Virus record (IMG/VR): IMGVR_UViG_3300045988_069332
Span: 1 to 42,884 of that record
Length of the DNA: 42,884 nucleotides
From: a virus
Strand: one strand, 5' to 3'
Part shown: in pieces, positions 16,033 to 24,014 of the stretch
Layout: each line of letters begins with the position of its first letter
How positions within the stretch are numbered: position 1 is the stretch's first letter
Program-made: the position numbers and the translations under genes
The notes under the pieces: model-generated
The model's input: the letters and a program-made list of their open reading frames with translations, nothing else
The model's database searches: none
Told to the model about the DNA's origin: nothing

Positions 16033-16060
16033 CAGCCGGGGCGGCTCTTCGTCCCGGCTG
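16033..16060 (-). other. GC hairpin upstream of the scaffold/capsid genes (processing or partial terminator)
   Basis: 8-bp stem cagccggg/cccggctg with a 12-nt loop. Only a weak T-run follows. Confidence 0.4.
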
Positions 16061-16130
16061 TAATTGCCAAAATAAGGTGATTAAGTTCACGTTTTTGTGA
16101 GTTTTCTGCGAATTGTCGCATTAAATAACG

Positions 16131-16484
16131 TTAGAACCCCTGTTTCAGGTACTGTTCTGCGATGCTTTGTATCGCCCCGCGCCCTCCCATGATCGCGTCC
16201 CGCAGGTAGGGGCGACCGGCCATTTTATAGGTGCCGTCATGGACAAAGGGCGCGTATTCCAGCGAGTTCCCGATGTCAACGGTGTTCTCCCCGCCTCGCT
16301 CTACTTCGTACTGTACGTCCCGCATCAGATCGCCGGTCTGCCGGATGGGCTTGCCGTAGCCACTCTCCATCTGGCCGAGGGTCAGTTCCACGCCCTTCTG
16401 CCCGATAGCATACAACGCCGCTTTGACGTTCTGTTCCAGCTTGGCTTTCACTTCGGGGGAATGGTCGTCGAATCTTACGGGCAT
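16131..16484 (-). CDS. HK97 gp10-family head-tail/neck protein (117 aa)
   Basis: TGDLMRDVQYEV...VDIGNSLEYAPFVHDGTYKMAGRPYLRDAI matches the gp10-family pattern. Its position before the scaffold gene is unusual. Confidence 0.65.
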   Translation of the reverse strand: MPVRFDDHSPEVKAKLEQNVKAALYAIGQKGVELTLGQMESGYGKPIRQTGDLMRDVQYEVERGGENTVDIGNSLEYAPFVHDGTYKMAGRPYLRDAIMGGRGAIQSIAEQYLKQGF

Positions 16485-16506
16485 GGGTTAGCTCCTTTCG
16501 GGTATG

Positions 16507-16535
16507 AAAAACCGTCCGGCCTTTCGGCTGGACGG
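16507..16535 (-). terminator. Strong intrinsic terminator inside the structural operon
   Basis: Stem ccgtcc..ggacgg (16512-16535) followed on the minus strand by a T-run. Lies just after the 73-aa ORF and before the RBS of the 16484 gene. Confidence 0.75.
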
Positions 16536-16536
16536 C

Positions 16537-16758
16537 TTAGGAATAGAACACTTTTTCGAGATCAACATCAAGACCAAATTCTTTTAAATCTTGATCGTTT
16601 ATATCCAAATCATTTTTGATCGTATCGAGAATTTCATAATATGCAAGCTTTTTCCCTTTATAAAAAGCATCATCCTTATTTTTTCTCTCTTCTTCTAGCG
16701 CATCGTTGGCGTTGTCAATAACTCTAGCAATGATGTACTTAATAGTTTCTTCATTCAT
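16537..16758 (-). CDS. Small acidic helical protein (73 aa), immunity-protein candidate
   Basis: AT-rich. Overlaps the MuF stop by 8 nt. Sequence NDALEEERKNKDDAFYKGKKLAYYEILDTIKNDLDINDQDLKEFGLDVD. Confidence 0.6.
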   Translation of the reverse strand: MNEETIKYIIARVIDNANDALEEERKNKDDAFYKGKKLAYYEILDTIKNDLDINDQDLKEFGLDVDLEKVFYS

Positions 16759-17956
16759 AATAATCCCCCCTTTTCTTTAATTCTTCTATTCTTCGCAGAC
16801 GAGATTCCTTAAAATTTTCTATTTCTTTTTTCCAATGTCTTTTCAGCCCTTCTTGTTCTTGAGGCTCCTTGTCGGTCCAATTTGAGACAGTGTTCTCAGG
16901 ATGCCGAATTTTTTCTTGGTGTTCTGCAATTCGCTTGTCGAACGTTTGTATTGACTTCCTAATGGAAGCTGTTTTTTGCCGTTGCAAATCCTTTTCTTTG
17001 CTGTTCGAAAACTGTTGCAAATCCAGCTTCATTATACCATGTTTGCCAGTATTTTCAAGGTTTTCAGTGCTTTCTTTCCGCTTTTCTTCCGGCGGCAGCA
17101 CCACAGGCACAAGGACGCAATGGCAGTTGATCACATCCCCGGCCTTGCCGTTAGGGTCGCCGGGGTAGTCCATGACGCTGCCGAGGATGGTGTGAAACTT
17201 CTCGGACGCATCGATCTCCTTGCCGTTTAGCTCAATATGGCTTTCGCGGCTGTTGACCATGCGGGTTGACCAGCGCTTTCGCATGTTGATTCCCATCTGC
17301 TCCGCCTCATGGATGGTATCGCTCCGCGCCTGCGATTGCACGCGGTTCCGCTCGGTCTGGGCGATGCGCTTCGCGCAATAAGCGCTGTTTCCCATCACGC
17401 TGCGGATGCGGTGGATCAGCTTCTTCTGATCTTCACCCAGCATGACGGCCTGTGTCATTTCGTTCTGCAGCCTCCGCATCATGGCCGGAGCTTCCCGCAG
17501 GTTTTGATAGGCGATCTTGCTCATGGGCGGCTGGCTGTCCGTGAGGATGATTTCCGCCTGCGCCGTCGTGGGCACAGAATAGGACAGGTTCACCCCAGCT
17601 TGCTGATCGACCAGTTCCGCCGTGTAGAGGCGGTTAACATGGTAGACATTCGCGACGGTCTCCCGCATGACAGGTTCGACCTCCACGCCCGCCTGCTGGA
17701 TGGCCTTTTCGATGTTTTTGACCACATTTTCCCGGCGGAGCAGTTCACGTGTGAACCCGCGCCGCCATTTCAGCACCTTCTCCGGGGTGTCGTAATAGGC
17801 TGGGGGCTTGATTTTCCCCTCATCCACGTCCCGGATTTTCCGCAGGAACCGTTCGCAGCTTTTCACTGCCTGTTTGAGCGCATCGCCGTAAACCGATTCG
17901 ATTCGTTTTTGGAGTGCCTTTTCCAGCTCGTCAGAGGCCCGCAAAGCCTTGTCCAA
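16751..17956 (-). CDS. Head morphogenesis protein (MuF/SPP1 gp7 family) with a foreign C-terminal domain (401 aa)
   Basis: TTG start with AGGAGGGG 6 nt upstream. MuF core ...AKRIAQTERNRVQSQ...GDVINCHCVLVPV. The last ~110 codons are AT-rich. Confidence 0.85.
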   Translation of the reverse strand: MDKALRASDELEKALQKRIESVYGDALKQAVKSCERFLRKIRDVDEGKIKPPAYYDTPEKVLKWRRGFTRELLRRENVVKNIEKAIQQAGVEVEPVMRETVANVYHVNRLYTAELVDQQAGVNLSYSVPTTAQAEIILTDSQPPMSKIAYQNLREAPAMMRRLQNEMTQAVMLGEDQKKLIHRIRSVMGNSAYCAKRIAQTERNRVQSQARSDTIHEAEQMGINMRKRWSTRMVNSRESHIELNGKEIDASEKFHTILGSVMDYPGDPNGKAGDVINCHCVLVPVVLPPEEKRKESTENLENTGKHGIMKLDLQQFSNSKEKDLQRQKTASIRKSIQTFDKRIAEHQEKIRHPENTVSNWTDKEPQEQEGLKRHWKKEIENFKESRLRRIEELKKRGDYYE

Positions 17957-17959
17957 GGT

Positions 17960-19405
17960 TTACCCCTCCTGTCTGTCAGGGTTCGCATTCACAGCCTGCT
18001 GCTGGCCGTCTATGGCCGTCTGGAGGGCATCCAAGGACGGAAGACCGCTGACGCGCTCCGCTTCCAGCGCCTCCAGGATGCCGGGGATGTCGTCCTGACT
18101 GATATAGGGGTTCAGCTTGAGGGCGGTCTCTTGATCGATATCGGAGCGCATGGTGTAGATGTCCTCCACCGTCTCCGACTTGTTGGTGATCTGCTGGCGC
18201 TGGAAAGCGATCTCCTCCGTGTCCACGCCCAGCAGAGAAAGCACCTGCTGAACGAACGCGAAGCATTGCCACTCGTAGTGGTCGCACTTGAGGTTGAGGT
18301 TGGTCATGGCCGCTTGGATGGCTACGTTGGTAAGGCTGCCGCCGGTCAGCTCGCTCATAGAGAGCGCCATATAGTCCTGATACAGCGCCCGCTCCAGCAG
18401 CGTCAGCGCCGTCTGCCGGGCCTGAAAGGGCACGTCGATGGTGCGCGGCTCCGCGCTGGAGCTTCCAGCCCCGTCGGACACGCTCATGGCGACCTTCAAC
18501 TCTTGGATTTCCTGAATGACTTGCAATGCCTGATCGGTGCTGCCGCCGAAGTTGTTCAGCACCCAGTACACGTCATTCGCCCGGTCGAGGTTGTCGCCGA
18601 AGTCCGAGGTGATTTTGTCGTACAGGTCGATTTTTGCCCGGATGGAGGGGGTCAGCTCGCTTTCATGCTCGTCGTTGGCATACAGGGGTACCACCGGCAG
18701 GCCGGAATAGCCCTCGCCGCCCACGACCACTTCCCCCAGCGCGTCCCGACGGACGATCTGCTTGTAGGCCCGCTTGGGCTGCTCCTCGTCGTACTTGCCG
18801 TCCTTGGCGCGGTAGACGGTCACGCCATCTGGCTCAAAGACGCGCATATACAGGGGCCGCTCGCCGGAGAGCTGCCAGAACTGGATGGCCGCGCCCACAG
18901 CCCCGGTCAATTCGTCCAGCAGGCCCACGCAGCCGGACAGCAGGTCGCGGGCCGCGCTGATGGGCTCCAAATGGTCAAGGTTCCAGTAGCCGTAGCTGAC
19001 CCCATGCAGCAGCGCCGCCTCGCCGATCTGCTGCAGCTTCACGTCAAAGCCCCGGCCCAGCCGGTCTTTCAGCGCCGCGTCCTCCAATGTAACGCCGTTG
19101 CCCAGAAGAAACTGGTTCTGCTGGCAGACGAACCGCCGCAGGAACGCCGAGGACACGCGGTTGCCCACCACGCGGACGGTGTCGGCCACCTTGCGGGTCA
19201 GGCCGTCTGCGTCCTTTTGCTCCCGGGTCTGGACTTTCAGCAGGTACTTGTCGTCGAGGGTTGGGTTGCAGCCCGCGAAATAGCGGTTCGCGTCCAGCGC
19301 GGCAACAAAAAACGCGGAGGCCTTGTAGCTCTCCACGATTCGGCGGGCATTCTCCGGGCCGCCGCCCAGATTAAGCCAATCCTGATAGGTGTAATCCGTA
19401 AACAT
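17960..19405 (-). CDS. Portal protein (SPP1 gp6-like, 481 aa)
   Basis: Size and position between TerL and MuF. Typical portal N-terminal region. Confidence 0.85.
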   Translation of the reverse strand: MFTDYTYQDWLNLGGGPENARRIVESYKASAFFVAALDANRYFAGCNPTLDDKYLLKVQTREQKDADGLTRKVADTVRVVGNRVSSAFLRRFVCQQNQFLLGNGVTLEDAALKDRLGRGFDVKLQQIGEAALLHGVSYGYWNLDHLEPISAARDLLSGCVGLLDELTGAVGAAIQFWQLSGERPLYMRVFEPDGVTVYRAKDGKYDEEQPKRAYKQIVRRDALGEVVVGGEGYSGLPVVPLYANDEHESELTPSIRAKIDLYDKITSDFGDNLDRANDVYWVLNNFGGSTDQALQVIQEIQELKVAMSVSDGAGSSSAEPRTIDVPFQARQTALTLLERALYQDYMALSMSELTGGSLTNVAIQAAMTNLNLKCDHYEWQCFAFVQQVLSLLGVDTEEIAFQRQQITNKSETVEDIYTMRSDIDQETALKLNPYISQDDIPGILEALEAERVSGLPSLDALQTAIDGQQQAVNANPDRQEG

Positions 19406-19409
19406 TGCT

Positions 19410-20669
19410 TCACGCTCCTAGGAGGCTGCGGCGGTCTTTGTCCAGCAGTCGGCAGGCCACGGCGGCGCTGTCCGGCGCGTCGTCATGCTCCGCGTCCTCG
19501 GTATAGTCCATGATCTGGGCGATGTACGCCCGGTCGGTGCCGTCCAGAAACACGATATTCCTCCACCATTTCCGCAGATAGGTGGAGATTTTAAGGTACT
19601 TGTTCTGATACTCGGCATAGATGCGGGCCTCTTGGCCCCGGTTGCGTATCTCCTTGCCCAGATACCCCTTGTCGCCGTTGCTCTCGCAGTACACCGGGGC
19701 GCATTGGAGCCGCTGGCACTCGGTGAGGGCCGCGTCCAATACGGTATCCACATGGGCCCGCCACAGGCGGCCATACAGATACAGGGTGTCGCCCCGGCGC
19801 TTGGCGCAGGTCAGGGCGGTATAATCCTCGCCGCCGTAGGCCGCGTCGATGTGGGCGATGCCGTCCCGCAGGAGGGCGGCGTTGTCGGTGCGCCCCGGCT
19901 GGATGTCAAACAGGGCGTTTTCGGCGGCGATATGCCGCAGCTCGTAGTTTGCCGCGAACAGGGACGGGGACATGCTGGCTTTCAGCTCGGCCAGCTTTTC
20001 CGGGGTTATAAGGCCGGTGGTGTAGCAGTCGTGCCGCTCTGGCTCGGCCACCAGCGTGAACGCGTCCTCCTTGTGCCACGGGGTGCCGATGAACACGATG
20101 CGCCCGTCGCGGGTGACGATGTTCCTCAGCTCCTGTACAACGGCCTTTGTGCGCTCCCGCTCGGCCCGGCTGACGCGGTCTTGGAGGTTTACAACGTCGT
20201 CGCAGACGATCAGGTTCGCGTGCTTGCCGGTCATGCTGCCGCCGCAGCCGCAGCCCAGCAGCTGCTCGGCTCCTCGCGGGCTGTCGTACACGTTCACGGT
20301 CAGGCTGTTGGCGGTGGACTTCATCAGCTCCACGTTCGTCCGCAAAAGCAGCGCCGCCATGTACCGAAAGCCCTCGTTTTCAAACACCTTCTTGGCCTGC
20401 GCGATGCTCTCCACGGTATCCGCATCAGTTTTGCGCATGAATAGGGCGTTCTCGCCGTGGTGCAGCACGCACCACATAGCCAGCGCCACGGAAAGGCAGG
20501 AGGATTTATAGCTCAGGCGGTGGGCCTGCAGCGTATAGTCCGACGTGCCGTAGAGGATGTGCTGCATCCATTTCCCGTGGAGCTCGTCGGTCAGGTCTCG
20601 GAAGCCAACCATTCGCCCCACCGCCGCCGGGTGATAGCGCCAGATGTTCCAGACTTCTTCCCGGGTCAC
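19410..20669 (-). CDS. terL: Terminase large subunit (419 aa)
   Basis: GTG start, GTGA-coupled to TerS. ATPase motifs (...LIVCDDVVN...) followed by a nuclease half. Confidence 0.85.
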   Translation of the reverse strand: MTREEVWNIWRYHPAAVGRMVGFRDLTDELHGKWMQHILYGTSDYTLQAHRLSYKSSCLSVALAMWCVLHHGENALFMRKTDADTVESIAQAKKVFENEGFRYMAALLLRTNVELMKSTANSLTVNVYDSPRGAEQLLGCGCGGSMTGKHANLIVCDDVVNLQDRVSRAERERTKAVVQELRNIVTRDGRIVFIGTPWHKEDAFTLVAEPERHDCYTTGLITPEKLAELKASMSPSLFAANYELRHIAAENALFDIQPGRTDNAALLRDGIAHIDAAYGGEDYTALTCAKRRGDTLYLYGRLWRAHVDTVLDAALTECQRLQCAPVYCESNGDKGYLGKEIRNRGQEARIYAEYQNKYLKISTYLRKWWRNIVFLDGTDRAYIAQIMDYTEDAEHDDAPDSAAVACRLLDKDRRSLLGA

Positions 20670-21025
20670 CGTATCTCACCCTTTGTTTCCTCCAGCAGCT
20701 TGTCGAGTTCGGCTTTCGCCTCGTCGGATAGGGTCGTGGTCTTCACATCGATCTGGTCGGGCGGCAGCTCGCCGATCATCTTCAAGCCCAGTTTGTACCA
20801 CTCCGGGGATTTATCCATGTTCAGCACCAGCTTGGCCGCTAGGGTCTTTCGGCGGGTGCTGCCGTCTTTGTTGGGCTCATCCAGCAGGGCGCGCATTTCC
20901 TCCGCGATGCCCCGCCGCTCGGAGGACGCCTTTTTTGCGTTTTCCCTCGCGGAACCGTCAGCGGAGCTGAAACGATGGCCTTTCTTCAAATTCGCGAGGC
21001 TGTTTGGGTGCTGGCCTCTTGGCAT
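20666..21025 (-). CDS. terS: Terminase small subunit candidate (119 aa)
   Basis: ATG at 21025 (MPRGQHPNSLANLKKG) with GGAGG 8 nt upstream. Lies directly upstream of TerL. Confidence 0.65.
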   Translation of the reverse strand: MPRGQHPNSLANLKKGHRFSSADGSARENAKKASSERRGIAEEMRALLDEPNKDGSTRRKTLAAKLVLNMDKSPEWYKLGLKMIGELPPDQIDVKTTTLSDEAKAELDKLLEETKGEIR

Positions 21026-21873
21026 TTCCATTTCCTCCATTTTTCGTTTATAATTTTCGGGCAACAGGCGTTCCAATCGACGTGATGGTGGCAGCGGCGA
21101 TTGGAGGTACCCATTGCCGAAACTTTCACGCACGACGGCGCATAAACGACGGAATAAAATGTCTTGACATATGTTCCACCGTCAAGATAATTTTCCGTCA
21201 TACCACCTTTGGACTTTTGCGTCATTTCTTGGTTTAATCCCGCTTTTAACGTCGTCAAATACAGCTCTCCGCGTATTCCGCCGGTCACATACGTATTTAC
21301 GTCCTCATTGATGCGCCCCACAAAATTGATCGGGTTGTCAACCCGGCAAATAAAACTGTTCATGGCTTTTCGCAAGAGCTGCTGCTTCCATCTGGCGCTT
21401 TTAATGCCGCCGATCAAATCACCACCCTGTGCAATCGCCACGCTTTTTGCACCGGAGTCATCCAAAAATTGGATCAACGCTTCAAACACATGGTCAAGCT
21501 GTTTAATACGCGGATGCCAAAGCTTACCGTTTTTCTCGACCAAATAATGGAAAGCTGTATAATCATCATCCAGTTCGATAAAATATTTCAGTCCAAGATC
21601 ACGCGCGATTGCAAACGCTTCATTTCTTGCAAAAATAATGCAGCGGCGTTCTTTCGACGTATCGCCAACATCCGTTTTTTTAGCGCGATCTTCTTTGCAA
21701 AACTGAACGACTTTATCACCGTAGATTCTGCGGTATTCTTCTTCTTGATCGTCTTCGTCATCAATGACGATGTAATAACGCCCTGTGTAGCCAGCCTTTC
21801 GTAAAGATTTTACCGTTTTGATATTGTTGGCTCGCCCATGGGACAGGATCAAGGCCGCAAAATCGTCACGCAT
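20986..21873 (-). CDS. GT-A-like glycosyltransferase candidate with DxD motifs (possibly TET-associated GT/GREB1-like) (295 aa)
   Basis: ATG at 21873 with a GGGAGGAA RBS. Motifs YYIVIDDEDD, YFIELDDDY, GGMTENYLDGGTY, RRCHHHVDWN. AT-rich. Confidence 0.45.
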   Translation of the reverse strand: MRDDFAALILSHGRANNIKTVKSLRKAGYTGRYYIVIDDEDDQEEEYRRIYGDKVVQFCKEDRAKKTDVGDTSKERRCIIFARNEAFAIARDLGLKYFIELDDDYTAFHYLVEKNGKLWHPRIKQLDHVFEALIQFLDDSGAKSVAIAQGGDLIGGIKSARWKQQLLRKAMNSFICRVDNPINFVGRINEDVNTYVTGGIRGELYLTTLKAGLNQEMTQKSKGGMTENYLDGGTYVKTFYSVVYAPSCVKVSAMGTSNRRCHHHVDWNACCPKIINEKWRKWKCQEASTQTASRI

Positions 21874-22594
21874 CGGTATCTTCCTCCCGCAAGCGATCAA
21901 TTTCCGCGCACATCGTCACATATCCATTGGCGATCGCGTCATCCACATCAATAATTACAAGCGCACTTCTTTCCATCAGCTTTTGGCATTCGGGAGAAGC
22001 AGCAGCATAAAATTCCGCGATTTTCGTATAATCGAAAACGATATGCCGATAAGCCGCAATACGTAAAAAATTCTTCTCCATATCCGGCAGCTCGGACGCG
22101 TTGATTTCTTCGATCATGCTTTGGCATTTTGTATCGTCGTAGAGGTCAACAACGGGCGGGGGTTCACCTTGCACCTCATATTGAGGAATATTCACAGCCG
22201 ACGTATAGGTATTTTCAATTTCTGTTTCCAGTTCTTTTTCGTCGAAGCCGAATTGAGCCATATCCATGCTGATCCCGGCAAGCTCTTTCGAAAGTAAATC
22301 CATATCCCAGTCGGCCAACTCGCCGGACTTGTTGTCGGCCAATCGGTATGCCTTGATCTGCTCCTCGGTGAGGTTATCCGCCACGACAACGGGCACCTCG
22401 GCCAGCCCCAGCTTCCGGGCGGCCTTGTAGCGGGTATGACCGGCGATAATTACGCCGTCCTTGTCTACGACAATCGGCTGCTGCCAGCCAAATTCCCGGA
22501 TGCTGGCGGCCACGGCATCCACGGCGCTGTCGTTGTTCCGTGGGTTGTTCTCATACGGGGTGATTTCCCGGATGGGTCTTTGCAATACCTCCAT
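21866..22594 (-). CDS. ParB/Srx N-terminal-domain (nuclease-type) protein (242 aa)
   Basis: IREITPYENNPRNND...IVVDKDGVIIAGHTRYKAARKLG is a classic ParB-N domain. No methyltransferase motifs seen in the C-terminal half. Confidence 0.8.
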   Translation of the reverse strand: MEVLQRPIREITPYENNPRNNDSAVDAVAASIREFGWQQPIVVDKDGVIIAGHTRYKAARKLGLAEVPVVVADNLTEEQIKAYRLADNKSGELADWDMDLLSKELAGISMDMAQFGFDEKELETEIENTYTSAVNIPQYEVQGEPPPVVDLYDDTKCQSMIEEINASELPDMEKNFLRIAAYRHIVFDYTKIAEFYAAASPECQKLMERSALVIIDVDDAIANGYVTMCAEIDRLREEDTDA

Positions 22595-22612
22595 AGTTAC
22601 GCCTCCAAATTG

Positions 22613-23167
22613 TTACCGGGTATACCGATTCACCCGGTCTAAGATTTCCCTTGCCGTCATTGCAGGCATGCTTCTCAACTGGTCGGAAAGGCTTTGCATC
22701 GTCGTTTTTTGTGCTGCAATTCCGTTAACCATATTCCCCGTCGCAGACCTGACACGATCAGCAAGCTTGCTTTTGGCATACGCGATCTGTTTTTCAGACA
22801 CGCCGCTCGGGTCGTTCAGCTTGATCCCAATCGCAAGGGAGCCGGGTGCAGTGTTGTTCTTTTTCCCATAATCCCAAGACGCTTTGTTGCTGTTAAAATA
22901 GACGTCATTTCGAGACGGGCTAAAACCAACGTTGTAAACAACGTCATAACCGCCCTTGTTGATCTCATTCGAATAACCGACCGCAAAATCGGAGACGGCA
23001 CCCTTGCCGCCGGAAAAGGTGGTGAAGGTTTCGGAGCCAAGTTGTTTCCCCTGATAGGTGATTTCGATCCTTCCCTTTGCGCCGCCCTTGGCGATCCCCT
23101 TCGAACCGCCGCCAGCGCCAATGGAACTGCCTCTGCCGCCGAAAAACTGTAGTTCAAGCCTCCGCAT
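22613..23167 (-). CDS. Hypothetical virion-protein candidate with L27-like N-terminal propeptide (184 aa)
   Basis: ATG at 23167 with a GGGAGGG RBS. N-terminus is MRRLELQFFGGRGSS. Confidence 0.6.
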   Translation of the reverse strand: MRRLELQFFGGRGSSIGAGGGSKGIAKGGAKGRIEITYQGKQLGSETFTTFSGGKGAVSDFAVGYSNEINKGGYDVVYNVGFSPSRNDVYFNSNKASWDYGKKNNTAPGSLAIGIKLNDPSGVSEKQIAYAKSKLADRVRSATGNMVNGIAAQKTTMQSLSDQLRSMPAMTAREILDRVNRYTR

Positions 23168-23804
23168 GGTTCTTTCCCTCCCTCGCTTTTTCAAACCGCC
23201 GGTAAAAGGTTTCCACCGGGCAGATGTTCCCCCGGCACTCCGCCGGGATATGGCCCCAAAACAAGATCGTTTCCGGCTGCAAGCGCTCCAGCATGGCATC
23301 ATAGCCATTCACAAACAGGCGTTTTGCGTCGGGCTCCTTCTGCGTCCCAACGCTGCTTACCGCTACCACGCTCTTTGCCGGTTCCCCATCAAAGCACCAT
23401 TCATAGCTTTTTTCGTCCGCCCAGCAGATCGTCGGGATCACCTTGATCCCATTTTTCTGCCAATACTGCCCAAGCCAATGCTTACGGTAATGGTTGTACA
23501 GATTCAGGGCGGTCGGGGTATCGGTGTATAGGCTGTAGTCAGGGGTCAAAACGGCGCTTGCACATTGAAAGGCTTCTAGATAGCGGGAAGGGTTATTCCA
23601 GCATCTGACCATCCGATAATCGTCCACGAACATGTGTACGCCCTGACTTTTGGTAAATGGCTTGCTCAGATCGTTGAACGGAATCCATTCATCCAAAAAC
23701 GGAAGCTCCACAGGATCGATCACGGGGATGTCGTATTTCCCCACCACATCCGCGAACTGCGGCAAAAGATGTTCGAGATTTTCAGTCAAACGCCGGAATG
23801 CCAT
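23154..23804 (-). CDS. DUF4417-like protein (216 aa)
   Basis: ATG at 23804 with AGGAGGTGA. HMFVDDYRMVRCWNNP...VLTPDYSLYTDTP..LNLYNHYRKHWLGQYWQKNGIKVIPTICW matches the DUF4417 pattern (recognised by eye). Confidence 0.6.
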   Translation of the reverse strand: MAFRRLTENLEHLLPQFADVVGKYDIPVIDPVELPFLDEWIPFNDLSKPFTKSQGVHMFVDDYRMVRCWNNPSRYLEAFQCASAVLTPDYSLYTDTPTALNLYNHYRKHWLGQYWQKNGIKVIPTICWADEKSYEWCFDGEPAKSVVAVSSVGTQKEPDAKRLFVNGYDAMLERLQPETILFWGHIPAECRGNICPVETFYRRFEKAREGKNHAEA

Positions 23805-23918
23805 GCTTTCACCTCCTGAAAAACTGCGCCGCCCCGCCACAGCGCAAAACATGGGGGCAACCACTCCCCATCTTCCCGCGCCGGAGGTAAGCGCCGCTCC
23901 TTAAATCGCCTCCCACGC

Positions 23919-23950
23919 AAAAAGGGAGCGGGCCGAGGCCAACTCCCTTT
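23919..23950 (-). terminator. Intrinsic terminator/attenuator about 25-50 nt downstream of the late-operon promoter
   Basis: Minus strand reads aaaaGGGAGttGGCCtcGGCCcgCTCCCTTTTTgcg. It lies inside the ~145-nt leader of the 23804 gene. Confidence 0.6.
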
Positions 23951-23978
23951 TCCGTGTGCTATTCAATTTGCAATTATC

Positions 23979-24007
23979 ATTATATTGTATTTATTTTTGT
24001 TTTTCAA
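23979..24007 (-). promoter_or_regulatory. Consensus sigma-A promoter (TTGAAA-17-TATAAT) at the head of the late operon
   Basis: Minus strand: TTGAAA at 24007-24002 and TATAAT at 23984-23979. Lies in an AT-rich gap. Confidence 0.7.
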
Positions 24008-24014
24008 CTGCATT

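Noticed and set aside
15789-16121. 110-aa minus-strand ORF in the gap upstream of the scaffold gene
   Set aside because: It is out of frame with the scaffold gene yet overlaps it, has no RBS, and spans a hairpin. It is more likely a non-coding leader.
17309-19513. 734-aa plus-strand ORF antisense to the portal and MuF genes
   Set aside because: This is an open antisense frame, typical of GC-rich coding DNA. It is R/G/A/L/H-rich and low in complexity, has no RBS, and is fully overlapped by two well-supported minus-strand genes.
22613-23308. Long N-terminal extensions of track ORFs (e.g. 22613..23308, 23154..23864, 26571..27305, 29145..30566, 32221..33027, 33043..33690, 33887..34456, 20666..21133)
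   Set aside because: The extensions overlap the preceding genes, are Arg/Gly/Pro-rich and lack RBSs. Internal starts with GGAGG sites or ATGA coupling give proteins that begin at recognisable family N-termini.
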